Below are positions 51,321 through 62,946 of a DNA stretch of 64,000 nt, piece by piece. Positions within the stretch are counted from its first letter, which is position 1. Each line of letters opens with the position of its first letter. The DNA comes from Squalus acanthias. Its lineage: Eukaryota. The translations under genes were made by a program, and so were the position numbers. The notes beneath the pieces were generated by a model that saw nothing but the letters and a program-made list of their open reading frames with translations, had not been told where the DNA came from and did not search any database. The DNA is taken from NCBI GenBank assembly GCA_030390025.1, contig JASTWF010000036.1, forward strand, positions 2,108,001-2,172,000. Reading direction: 5' to 3'.

Positions 51321-52687
51321 GTTTTTATTGTCAGGGGAAGCTTGTGCAGGGTACTGGATGAGAACGCAATTCCTCTCTCCGTTATTTTAGTCAAGACATT
51401 AACCCGTTTAAAATAAACACCTCATCACTTCAGCTAAAATAGTAGGGGTGGGGGGGGGAAGGCATGTTCAGATACACCGGTTAAGGATTTGTACGCTTGT
51501 GCCCCACGGTCTAATTTCCAGGCCTCCACGTGTTCCCGATTGCGGTCAACAGATGGCGGTGGTCTTGGGAGGAGACCGCGGTAGAATAATCCACGTGGGC
51601 CCGGCTGTACCTTCACCGGAGGTACGTGGGGTTTCCAGCGAGGTTAGGGCGGGGGATTGCGGGGGAGCAGCTCCCAAGGAAATTCCAGGCCAAAGGTCTC
51701 TGGATGGATCGGGCTGGATGGGCTGAATGGCCTCGCCTCATTCCCAGCTTTACGCTGCTGTGAGGTGTCCAGACATTTGCCCGAAAATCCGCCGCAGTCA
51801 CGCAGGCGCTAGCCGGGTCCTCAGCTCTGACTGGTCACGGAACAAAAATATTCCAAGGAAGACCTGAGTAATGACACTTTGGTTTGGGCAAATGATTCAA
51901 GACAAACAACTGAATAAGAGGATACAAGAATGAGTGCGCCGGGATCGCTGCACTATTTATCCCCAATCGGTGGAATGAATGATTAGAATGTGGAACTCGC
52001 TACCACAGGGAGTGATTGAGGCGAATAGCAGCGATGCATTTAAGGGGAAGCCAGATAAGCACATGAGGGAGAAAGGAATAGAGGGTTACGCTGATAGGGC
52101 GAGATGAGGAAGGATGGGAGGAGGCTCGAGTGGGAGCATGGTCCTGTTGGGCCGAATGGCCTGTTTCTGTGCTGTATATTCTATGTAATTCTATTTAAGA
52201 TTGTTCTAAAAAACCTTTCAAAGAATTTCCTTGTACATTGACCATAAATTTAAACAGATGTTGGAGAATAATGTGCTGACTTGCATGCAGCACTAGGGGG
52301 CGGGGGGGTGGAAGAGCAGGACTTAAGGTGCTGTCAGACCCAATGGGTAAGTGTCGCAGGCCCTCCCCCTCTCTCCGCCTCCCGCCTCCCGCCCCCCGCC
52401 TTTGTAGTTATCATTTCCCCGTGCTGCGTTGAGCTGAGCTTTGGGGAACTGACGGCTCTGCAGAAATCCAGTGGCTCAAACTCCCGATTCCGAGTCGCTC
52501 ACTCTGTGATTGTTCGTGCGATGTTCCTCACCAGAAAAAATCAAGAGCGACTGCTGCCTGCCCAGCGCCTTTCGCCCAATTAGCCGATTCTCGCCGCGCT
52601 CCCTGGCATTTGATGATTGGGCACAAGTCGCCCACATTCCCTGGCCCATCGTGCGTGGCGCAGGGAAAAGCCAACAAAAACAAACTT

Positions 52688-53143
52688 CTGGGATGGGGGA
52701 TTGTCCTATGAGGAGAGATTGAGTAGATTGGGCCGATATTCTCTAGAGTTTAGAAGAATGAGAGGAGATCGCATTGAAATGTATAAAGTTCTTAGAGGGA
52801 TTGACGGGATAGATGTCGGGAGGATGTTTCCCCTGGCTGGAGAGTCTAGAACCAGGGGTCACAGTCTCAGGATAAGGGGTCGGCCATTTAGGACTGAGAT
52901 GAAGAGAACTTTCTTCACTCAGAGGGCGGTGAATCTTTGGAATTCTCTACCCCAGAGGGCTGTGGAGGCTCAGTCGTCGAGTATATTCAAGGCCGAGATC
53001 GGTAGATTTTTGGGAATCGAGGGATATGGGGATAGTTCAGGAAAGTGGAGTTGAGGTTGAAGATCAGCCATGATCTTACTAAATGGCGGAGCAGGCTCGA
53101 GCGGCCGAATGGCCGACTCCTGCTCCTATTTCTTATGTTCTTG
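52688..53143 (+). mobile_element. CR1 LINE 3' fragment
   Basis: ORF 52617..53054 (GLSYEERLSRLG...WNSLPQRAVEA) plus CR1 3' UTR and tail. Confidence 0.92.
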
Positions 53144-54466
53144 TGTTTAAAACAGGAATTATTCTTGAACTGAACAAGCCCCAAATTCACTTCAGAGGAA
53201 AGCTCAAAAATGTCAGGCTGATGCTACAAAAGGTCAACGTCAGGAGTCAAAGCAAATTGAACCCGGCATACAATGCCCTACAAGTGGAGTTGTCTACACT
53301 ACAGAAGCCATTCGCCAGAAGTGCTTGAGCCGATTTATAGCAGTAAACTGAGGCGTGTTTTTGTTTCAAAAGCCTTCTCAATAGGCCAGCCTGAATAGGC
53401 CCAAAGAATCAGTTTAATCGGGCCTACAAGCATTCCTTTTAGCTGAGGGCACGCACACAGAAGAAGAGACAACAAGAGCAATTGATATGTTTCTTCACAG
53501 AAGGAAACGGTGGGAAAAACTACTCTCCAGTTCTCAGCTGCTGGCACTTGACCAAGAACCAAAAAACTGGAACAATTAGCAAGTGGCACGGGCCAGCTAC
53601 ATGATCCACTAGCCTGCAGGATGAGGAATGACAGCTGCTTTTGTGTTGCATCATATGAATGAGCTCACCAAAAAGCTGCTCTCTTTCTCCACCCCACCCC
53701 CCGTCCGCCCCTCATCTCCCCGCAAACAGGAACCACACACTAAGACATAGTGGCCAAGAGCTAATCCTGTTAAACAAACCTTTCAAAAAAAGAACATCTT
53801 TAGGCCTGTGATGTTGTCCCTTTACAGCTCGCTGGCAACAATGCAGCAAATTCCATTCAAGTTTACGTTACACACTCCCTCAGGGAATTAGACAAGGAGG
53901 GCTTTGTGAAGTTAAGAAAGAAGGCAGCTTCTTAAAGTCACCCTTCCCTAAAACCACATCAAATCGTCAAACCAGGATTTCGAGCTGGTTAGCGATCATA
54001 AAGAGAGAATTCCATTCATACATCGTCGTAACACATCTCTCAGAGACATCTCAAAGCACTTCAGCAGACGTAAGTTATGCTGGCAAAGACACAGCAGTCA
54101 CGTGTGCGCACAGCAAGATCCCACAAATGAGAGGAATGAGCCGCGAATCTGTTTTTGGTCGGAGGAGGAATATTGGCCGCTCCTCTTCAGAATGGCGCCA
54201 CCGGATTTTCAACATCCACCCGGCCCACTGGAATAGGCACGACAGGGCCTCGGTTTAACCTCTCACCACTGGGAGTGTCAGCCTAGATTCTGTGCTCAAG
54301 TCCTGCAGTGGGGGCTTGAACCCACGACCTTCTGACTCAGAGGCGAAGAGAGTGCTACCCACTCGAGCCAAGCGGCTACTTTCATCAGTTGGCTCGGCCT
54401 CATGATTTGACCCAGATTCTCCTCCTTTTGTTGACTTTGTCCCGATGTTTTCTTTTGGGACGGGGC

Positions 54467-54627
54467 CAATGTTCCCTCTAATTTTCTTTTGGGTGCGCGG
54501 CCCCTTTAATGGGCGACGCAGCCCTTTCAAATTCCCGCGCACGCGCGGTTTTTCCATTGTAAAGCTGGCAAGCGGCCTGCGCGGGACCTCGACAGCTGGG
54601 TGGCCGTGCAGCTTACCGGGAACATTG
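54467..54627. mobile_element. hAT-like MITE family A (opposite orientation)
   Basis: Perfect 10-bp TIR CAATGTTCCC/GGGAACATTG; reverse-complement homologous to the other two copies. Confidence 0.82.
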
Positions 54628-54629
54628 GG

Positions 54630-56003
54630 TGGAGCGGGGGGGCAAGGGCAGGGGGAGGGGGGCAGAGAGAGGGGGCAAGGGCAGAGAGAGGGGGCAAGGG
54701 GAGAGAGAGGGGGGGCAAGGGCAGGGGGAGAGAGAGGGGGGGCAAGGGCAGGGGGAGAGAGAGGGGGCAAGGGCAGGGGGAGGGGGGAGAGAGAGGGGGC
54801 AAGGGCAGGGGTAAAGAGAGGGGGCAAGGGCAGGGGGAGGGGGTCAGGGGGAGAGAGGGGGGGGCAAGGGCAGGGGGAGGGGGGAGAGAGAGGGGGCAAG
54901 GGCAGAGAGAGGGGGCAAGGGCAGGGGGAGGGGGTCAGGGGGAGAGAGGGGGGGGGCAAGGGCAGGGGTAAAGAGAGGGGGCAAGAGCAGGGGGAGGGGG
55001 GCAGGGGAGAGAGGGGGGGCAAGGGCAGGGGGAGGGGGTCAGGGGGAGAGAGAGGGGGGCAAGGGCAGGGGGAGGGGGTCAGGGGGAGAGAGAGGGGGGG
55101 CAATGGCAGGGGGAGGGGGTCAGGGGGAGAGAGGGGGGGCAAGGGCAGGGGGAGGGGGGAGAGAGAGGGGGCAAGGGCAGGGGTAAAGAGAGGGGGCAAG
55201 GGCAGGGGGAGGGGGTCAGGGGGAGAGAGGGGGGGGCAAGGGCAGGGGTAAAGAGAGGGGGCAAGAGCAGGGGGAGGGGGTAAGGGCAGGGGGAGGGAGT
55301 CAGGGGGAGAGAGAGGGGGGCAAGGGCAGGGGGAGGTGGGCAGGGGGAGAGAGAGGGGGTAAGGGAAGGGGGAGGGGGGCAGGGGAGAGAGAGGGCAGGG
55401 GGACAGGGCAGGGGGAGAGAGAGGGGGTAAGGGAAGGGGGAGGGGGCAGGGGAGAGAGAGGGGGTAAGGGCAGGGGGCGGTGGGCAGGGGGGGAGAGAGG
55501 GGGTAAGGGAAGGGGGAGGGGGCGAGAGGGGGTAAGGGCAGGGGGCGGTGGGCAGGGGGGGAGAGAGGGGGGTAAGGGCAGGGGGAGGGGGGCAGGAGGA
55601 GAGAGAGTGGGGTAAGGGCAGGGGGAGGAGGCACGGGAAGAGAGAGGGGGTAAGGGCAGGGAGCGGTGGGCAGGGGGGGAGAGAGGGGGGCAAGGGCAGG
55701 GGGAGGGGGGCAGGGGGAGAGAGAGTGGGGTAAGGGCAGGGGGCGGTGGGCAGGGGGGGAGAGAGGGGGGGTAAGGGCAGGGGGAGGGGGGCAGGGGAGA
55801 GAGAGTGGGGTAAGGGCAGGGGGAGGGCGGCAGGGGGAGAGAGAGGGGGGTAAGGGCAGGGGGAGAGAGGGGGTAAGGGCAGGGGGAGGAGGCAGGGGAA
55901 GAGAGAGGGGGTAAGGGCAGGTGGAGGGGGCAGGGGGAGAGAGGGGGTAAGGGCAGGGGGAGGGGGGCAAGGGCAAGGGGAGAGAGAGGGGGGCAGGGGG
56001 AGA
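54630..56003. repeat. G/A-rich degenerate tandem repeat (about 1.37 kb)
   Basis: Units such as GGGGG(C/T)AAGGGCAGGGGGAG and GAGAGAGGGGG; almost pure purine on the plus strand. Confidence 0.95.
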
Positions 56004-57729
56004 GTTTTAGTGGCTAGTCCCACAATCAGGAACATGTTCATCGTGTGCTGCAATGAGATGGAATGGAGTCTTGTAAGCAGCAGAGCAAGAGAGCGAATCC
56101 TGAAGGCTTAGTAACAACGGAGGAGGAATTCTAAACCCCCCCCCTTGGTTGGGCGGGAGATAGGAAACCCGACCCCAACCGGTCGCGAACCTACCCACTT
56201 CCAGTTTAACCGGGGCGAGCTGGGGGTTGGGGGAGTAACCCGCTCGCTCTCGCGAGGTGGGCCAGTAATTATAATATTTAAATGAGGTTGTGTGCTGGAC
56301 CAGCTTTCCCAGGGCTCGGGAAACCCGGCAGCTAAAGGGAGGAGGGAGCTGCTGGCTGCAGTAGGGAAGTGCTTTTCCAGCACTGCTTGTGGGCCAGGAG
56401 GAGCAGGAGTGTTTCCCGCCCCCCAACCCCCGCCGGCCCCTCAAGCAAGCCCGCCGCGATCTGCCGCCCTCCCTGCGATCTCCACCCCCCCTCCTCGTGA
56501 TCGGCCGACCCCCTGCGATCCGATGTTTCCTCCAATCTCCCTCTCCCCACCAGGCCCCCAGCGACCTCCTCCCCCCCCCCCCCCAGATCTCTTTCAAGGA
56601 GAAGGTCCACCCCCTCCCCCCACTACCTTCTCAGGGCGATCAGGGATGGGCAATAAATGCGACCCACATCCCATAAACTAAATTTTTTATTAAAAAAACA
56701 ATTATATTCGGTGGCCTCTGGGCGAGGGAAGAGGAAAAAAATCAGCCAGGGTTCCCATTCTGATCACCGCCCAATAACCCCAGCTAAAGGTGCCTATGTT
56801 TGGCGGTCACTTGAGGGCAGAATCAGGCTCAGCTGTGATGCCTTCATGGCTGAATAACCTTCCAACGCACACAGCCTGGGCTTATACATGAAGGATGGGT
56901 AGTTGAGCAAGGGACTGTTGGGCTGTGGGAGCTCCTGGAGCCACATTCCAGCCGGGCTGATTCCTTCTGTACATCGTTATTAGGCAGGTGCTATTTACTC
57001 TTGCGCTCCTGCTCAATTCTCCCCCATCGCACATTCGCTGCCTGGCTGAGGATTCTCAAATATCTGCCTTACCATCCTGTCACCTAATGATCCAATCTGA
57101 TTCCAGACGTACAAGCTTCCTGGCCAGGCCCAGCCAGCCCAAATCAAAAGAAACGAGACTCTATTCTGGAAAGATTCTGTTCGAAACACTTGAGCAACTA
57201 AAGAATGACCAAAGTATGACTGAAGTAAGCAGAGCGAGTGCTGACTTTCCCATAGTTCCAAGGGGTGCTGTCATCTCCGTGACAAGGCATTCAAATAAAT
57301 GGCCCTCTTCAACCTACCTCAAAAAACATTTCGTGTCAGCCATGTGCGGCCAGGTTTTTTTACAATACCTTTAAGGAGGGATATACTTGCATTGGAGGCA
57401 GTGCAGAGAAGGTTCACTAGGTTGATTCCTGGGATGAAGGGTTGACTTATGAGGAGAGGTTGAGCAGGTTGGGCCTATACTCATTGGAGTTTAGAAGAAT
57501 GAGAGGTGATCTTATTGAAACATAAGATTCTGAGGGGGTTGGACAGGGTAGATGCTGAGAGGATGTTTCCCCTCGTGGGGGAATCTAGAACGAGGGGGCA
57601 TAGTCTCAGAATAAGGGGTCGCCCATTTAAGACGGAGATGAGGAGGAATTTCTTCTCTCAGAGGGCCGTGAATCTTTGGAATTCTCTACCCCAGAGAGCT
57701 GTGGAAGCGGAGTCATTGAATATATTCAA

Positions 57730-57959
57730 AAGTGAGAAGTCGCACAACACCAGGTTATAGTCCAACAGCTTTATTTGAAATCACAAGCTTTCGGAGCGCT
57801 GCTCCTTCATCAGGTGAAGTGAAGGAATACAAATCGGCACAGCATATATAGACAGAGAACAATGCCTGTGCAGAGAACAATGTCAGACGACTACAGTTAA
57901 TCTTTCTGACTGCCTTTTATCACACCTCGGCAGAGAAACAATCAGGTCAGTCAGGAAGG
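57730..57959 (-). mobile_element. Penelope-like element terminal (pLTR) fragment with 9-bp TSD
   Basis: Flanked by TATATTCAA at 57721-57729 and 57960-57968. Minus strand has a hammerhead-like core followed by AATAAA, the layout known for Penelope pLTRs. Confidence 0.8.
57781..57818 (-). ncRNA. Minimal type-I hammerhead ribozyme motif (PLE-associated)
   Basis: Minus strand TTCAC-CTGATGA-A-GGAGC-agc-GCTCC-GAA-AGCT-T-GTGA: stem I TCAC/GTGA, core CUGAUGA, 5-bp stem II, GAAA, palindromic AGCT stem III. Confidence 0.7.
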
Positions 57960-60537
57960 TATATTCAAGGCGGAGATTGACAGATATTTGAACTACAGGG
58001 GAGTCAAGGGTTATGGGGAGAGAGCGGGAAAGTGGAGTTGAGGCCAAGATTGGATCAGCCATGATCTTATTGAATGGCGGAGCAGGCTCGAGGGGCCGAT
58101 TGGCTGACTCCTGCTCCTGTTTCTTATGTTCTTATGTAACCCAACTGCACCAGTGTGACATTTTCCAATTCCCCCATCGCCTCTCTCAGACTGCTGGTTT
58201 TCAATGGCGAGAAATTGCCCTGTGGGATCCTTTTGGCAAAGTGTCGGTTAAGACCGTCTGGTGGCAGAATGACTCCACTGTTTACCTGCATTTAGCAAAT
58301 CCACCCCCCACCCACCATGATAATGCAAACGTACACACGAGAAGACGACAGAGCTGAAGAGGAGCGCAACACAATTCAACAAGGAGGCATTCGCATTGTA
58401 CGGTGAATGATTGTGTACACAGGATCAGCAAGTTACTTACAGGAGTGACACCATTTACTCGGCCTGCATTCAGTGGTCAAGTTAGCAGGCCGAACAGCAA
58501 TTCAAATTCAAAAAGTCAAGAAGGATCCCCAATTATAAGAGATGGTTCTGATCTGTCAAAACGACTTTTGCGAGTGTACATAGGACTGGGTGACCACTGG
58601 TTTAACTAGCCTTGTACCAACCAGCAACCGTCATACTAAGCAACAGTTTATACAGCGAGTTTAAGTCTTAAATAAAAAATGGTGGCTAGTGATGCTGAGA
58701 CACAGTTCAATGAAAGGCCGGGCAGAATAATAACATGCAATTTACAATATCAAGCTGTAAAACTTACTCTTTCCGCAGAACTACACAAGAATTCAGCTAA
58801 CAGGCGAATGATAACTACCGTTTGCATTACACGTTCCATTCAGGGACAGTAATAATGACACGCTTTTCCACATTACAGTGCAAGATAATGAACAATTTAA
58901 GATTGCATGAATATGCACCCAAACCTTTAAGACGGAGGCAGAACTGAATTACGTTTTCCCTGCGTGAAAGCTTCCGCCACAAATACATGGTGCCTCTTGA
59001 GACACGTGCTGCGATTTACACCTCACAGTCTGAAACAATTACTGACCTGCTCCAAAACTCTGGGAATATTTGGAGCTGGCAATAAGACTTATCAAATAGA
59101 CAGCAAGGTGCACTCTTGCAAAGAAAGTTTTTAAACACAGGCTGCAATGTTTTATTCGCAAAAAAGCGGAAGAGTTGCCTTTAAGGGCCTGGGCGAGTGC
59201 AGGGCCTTCTGGGTACATTGGGTTTCTCACACGCCCAGCTAAGCCAATCAGAACAAAGATCACCAGAGGCACGAGCACTTCGCTGCGGTTTTCGCAATGC
59301 TCTTTTCTTTGCAGCTTTCAACTCCTTAAGTGCACCGTTAGCAGCTTTGTCACAGGCACGATGCAATTAGCTTTACAGGTTGTGCGTCAGTTATAGCGCA
59401 TTCAGATCTCCGCAAGCCCATTAGCGCAAAAGATAGCGCATTGCAGCACGCGAGCTGGAAAGCAGATGTAACCCACGCATATTTAGTGCACAAGAGAAAA
59501 TTCTCACCAGCAGTGCCAACTAACGCAGTATAGAGAGGCAGCTTGGGTGTCGTGGGCCTGTATCTACTAGAAGCTGGGTTGAAACATGGGTCAAAAAAGA
59601 CTTTTATTTCACTACTCCGGGCTGGATTCAAATAAAAGTCGAAGGGTGAAAGGAAAGTCTGCTAACCCCACCCAGCCCCCCCCCCCCCCCCAACACACAC
59701 ACACGCACACTCGCACACGCACACGCGCAGGTGCTGGGCGGGGGCTCTGTCAGGGGACTAAATATAGTGCGAGTTGCTCTCGATGCCTTTTCCAGCTCTT
59801 TCTGAAATGGATTCGGCCCTTCCCCCCCGCCCCGCCGCCAGATTGACAGGCCTCCAGAGATGGTGAGGCGAGGCAGTACTGAGAACGACCTCACATTGCT
59901 CAAAGGCAGCCCGGCCCAAAGCCGGAAAAATGCTCAGGCCCGGCTCAGTGGTAGCAAGCGAGCGCAAATTAAGATCAGCAGATTTCAATTGCCCACATTT
60001 CCCTCCCGCCCCCCCACCAGGAACCGCAGTGGCTGAAGGGGCAGCGCCCCCCAAGTGTGGGCAATTTGAAGCTGTTAATTTAACTGCAAAGGTGGGCCAG
60101 GAAATTCCAGCAATGAGTGCACCTTGAGTGAGGCAAAAATAATCATTTCAGACTGCATGGTGGGTGGGGAAGGGGTGAGGGGAGGGAAAAGAGGGATGAG
60201 AAGAGGGGGGATGAGAGCAGTTGTCCCCCTCGCCCTTAGTAAAACATTTATCTCCAAGTTGATGTCCACGCAGGCCTCTCAGTTAAGAAGTTTCTCTGAT
60301 ATGTAAGTACAAAGTCAAAACTGTTCTCATCAATCCTGCATTGTAAACGCGGGGGTTGTGTAGAACACATTTTACTGTTGCAAATACGTAGATAGACGCA
60401 CTCCTGTATAATCCCGGGTAGTCATAATCTCCTTTGCTCTAGGCCTCAAGCCAGAGCAGTGACTCACTCAAGGGCTCGCTCTCACAGCCCTCCTATAAAA
60501 GTTTCCATGCACTTATAATTTGCTTTTAATAAACATT

Positions 60538-61280
60538 GGGCCGAAAATTGATCCCGGGACGCGAGAGTACGCACTGCGTACTCTCGCGTATTCCCACTCC
60601 AATTGCCGGTTTTCTGCATGCCCTGCGCATGCGCTGAAAACCGGCAATTGCTCTTCTGAAAAGGGGGCGGGTCCTCGGTGCATCGCGTGTGCGCTACAGG
60701 CTGCGCGCACGCTGTGCACTTCATGCTTTGGACGCGCAGGTAAGTACGGAAGATTTTGGAAATGTAAAAAGGAGTAAGACCCACTCTTAAGAAGGTAAGT
60801 AGTGAATTAAGTATTTTTTTGAATTTTTTTTTTAACAGGTATATCTTTTTTAGAGACTTTAAAGACAGGTAAGTTTATTTTTATAACTTTTTAAAAGATT
60901 TAAAAAAATTTCAAAAATTTAATTTTTTATTTTAAATGGTTAATTTAATTAACTATACTTATTTTATTAATGTGATGGGTTTTTTTTTAAATTTAATTAA
61001 GGTTTAGCTGTTATTTTGGGGGGGTGTAAGATTCATAGATTTCACAGCAGGTCTGTGAAACTTATGAATGGAAGATGGTGTGCTGCCATTGGCTCTAACT
61101 GAGTCACGTGATCCCACAGCTCGCACGAATTCACTACGCCGGTGGGATACGCAAGCACTGCCCAGCTGATGTCTGGAACATCAAGTTCGTGCGAGCTGGA
61201 TCTGAAAAAGCACAAGCGAGGTGAGACATCGCGGGGAAGCCTTACCCCCGCGGGAACAGAGCGAGATCAATTTCTGGGCC
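60538..61280. mobile_element. PIF/Harbinger-like non-autonomous element
   Basis: Imperfect TIR GGGCCGAAAATTGATC / GATCAATTTCTGGGCC, 3-bp ATT on both flanks, GC-rich palindromic arms and an AT-rich centre. Confidence 0.7.
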
Positions 61281-61859
61281 ATTGTGTTTTCCTCTCTATT
61301 TTTTCTCCTGTCCGCCCCGCTCCCAATTCCCAGCCGGAGAGTCATCTCAAGAGCCGGTCAGCTCAGGGTTGAGGGCCAGAGACGCTTCCAGTAGCAGCTC
61401 CTCTGTGGACCTCCAGTGAGCACTGGGCCATATCGTGAGGACGAGTGTTTCACTGGGACAGACACCATCTGCCCCCTCGGTATACTGATAGAAATGTATT
61501 TCGGCACCATCATAGGAAGAGAGGAACAGGAGGAGGCCATTCAGCCCCTCGAGCCTGTTCCGCCATTCAATGAGATCATGGCTGATCTGTGACCTAACTC
61601 CATATGCCCGCCTTTGGCCCATATCCCTTAATACCTTTGGTTAACAAAAATCTATCAATCTCAGATTTAAAATTAACAATTGACCCCCAGCATCAACTGC
61701 CGTTTGCAGAAGACAGTTCCAAACTTCTACCACCCTTTGTGTGTAGAAGTGTTTCCTAATTTCACTGCTGAAAGGTCTGGCTCTAATCTTTAGGCTATAT
61801 CCCTGAGTGCTAGACTCCCCAACCAGCAGTGTTGTGTTGGAGACACCATCCCACACCAC

Positions 61860-62012
61860 CAACGTTCCCGCTAAGCTGCGTGGCTGTCTGGAGGTCCCGT
61901 GCAGGCCGCTCACCGGCTTTTATATGGAAGAAACCGCACATGCGCGAGAATTTGAATGGGCCGCGCAGCCAGTTAAAGGGACCACGCACAAAAAAAATGA
62001 GGGGGGACATTG
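61860..62012. mobile_element. hAT-like MITE family A
   Basis: CAACGTTCCC...GGGGACATTG; TSD cacaccac/tacaccac; internal sequence homologous to the 17572 copy. Confidence 0.82.
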
Positions 62013-62946
62013 TACACCACCCCTTGGTATACTTGACCTCTTGACCAAAATAGAGACATTCCACTCCCTGCTCAATCTGGTCAGCACATCTTACCTAAAC
62101 CCTGCAACAAACACTGCCCACTGCACCTCTCTGGTTACCCACATCCACCCACTTGGCACATCTAAGCAAAGCTGTTAGTGGGGTGTGCTTTCTGCCCTAT
62201 CCTGTGGCTTGAGAAAGCCCCATTCTAACTCCAGCCACTTTAGAAGGAAGAATTTCATCTGATCTGTACGAACTGGATTCAATTTGAATCCCGGTTCCCT
62301 CCACCACCGACGCACCGTGTCTGCAGTGTGCACCATCTACAAGATGCACTGCAGCAACTCGCCAAGGCTTCTTCGGCAGAACCTCCCAAACCCGCGACCT
62401 CTTCCACCTCGAAGGACAAGGGCAGCAGGCGCATGCGGAACACCACCACCTCCAAGTTCCCCTCCGAGTCACACACCATCCTGACTTGGAAATATATCTC
62501 TGTTCCTTCATCATCGCTGGGTCAAAATCCTGGAACACCCTCCCTAACAGCGCTGTGGGAGCACCTTCACCACACGGACTGCAGCGGTTCAAGAAGGCGG
62601 CTCACCACCACCTTCGCAAGGGGCAATTAGGGATGGGCAATAAATGCCGGCCTTGCCAGCAACGCCCACATCCCGAGAATGAATAAAAAAGTGAACCATG
62701 CAGTCCCCTTTCTTTTAATGTCCATCTGTCATTGTTCCAAACATTTAAATAATATGAGTAAATATGTGCTGCACATAAACTAAAGCCTATAGCTTTGTTA
62801 ATCATGCACTAAGGGTGTGTTGTAGTCTTTGAAAGTCATTGAGGGCACAGTCACCTGGTAAAATGTGCTGTCATTAAATGAGCAGAGGAAAACACCATCC
62901 TGTGATCACTGATCAGCTAATGTTTCTGCAGCACTGGAAAGTGGAT

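Larger units (their letters stand above)
57374..58137 (+). mobile_element. CR1 LINE 3' fragment interrupted by a Penelope-like insert
   Basis: ORF 57506..57760 (RMFPLVGESRTRGHSLRI...WNSLP). CR1 sequence resumes at 57960 and ends ttcttatgttcttatg. Confidence 0.92.

Noticed and set aside
54255..56053. 573-aa and 324-aa Pro/Leu-rich ORFs and Gly/Arg-rich ORFs on the other strand
   Set aside because: Translation of a low-complexity G/A repeat that lacks stops by composition.
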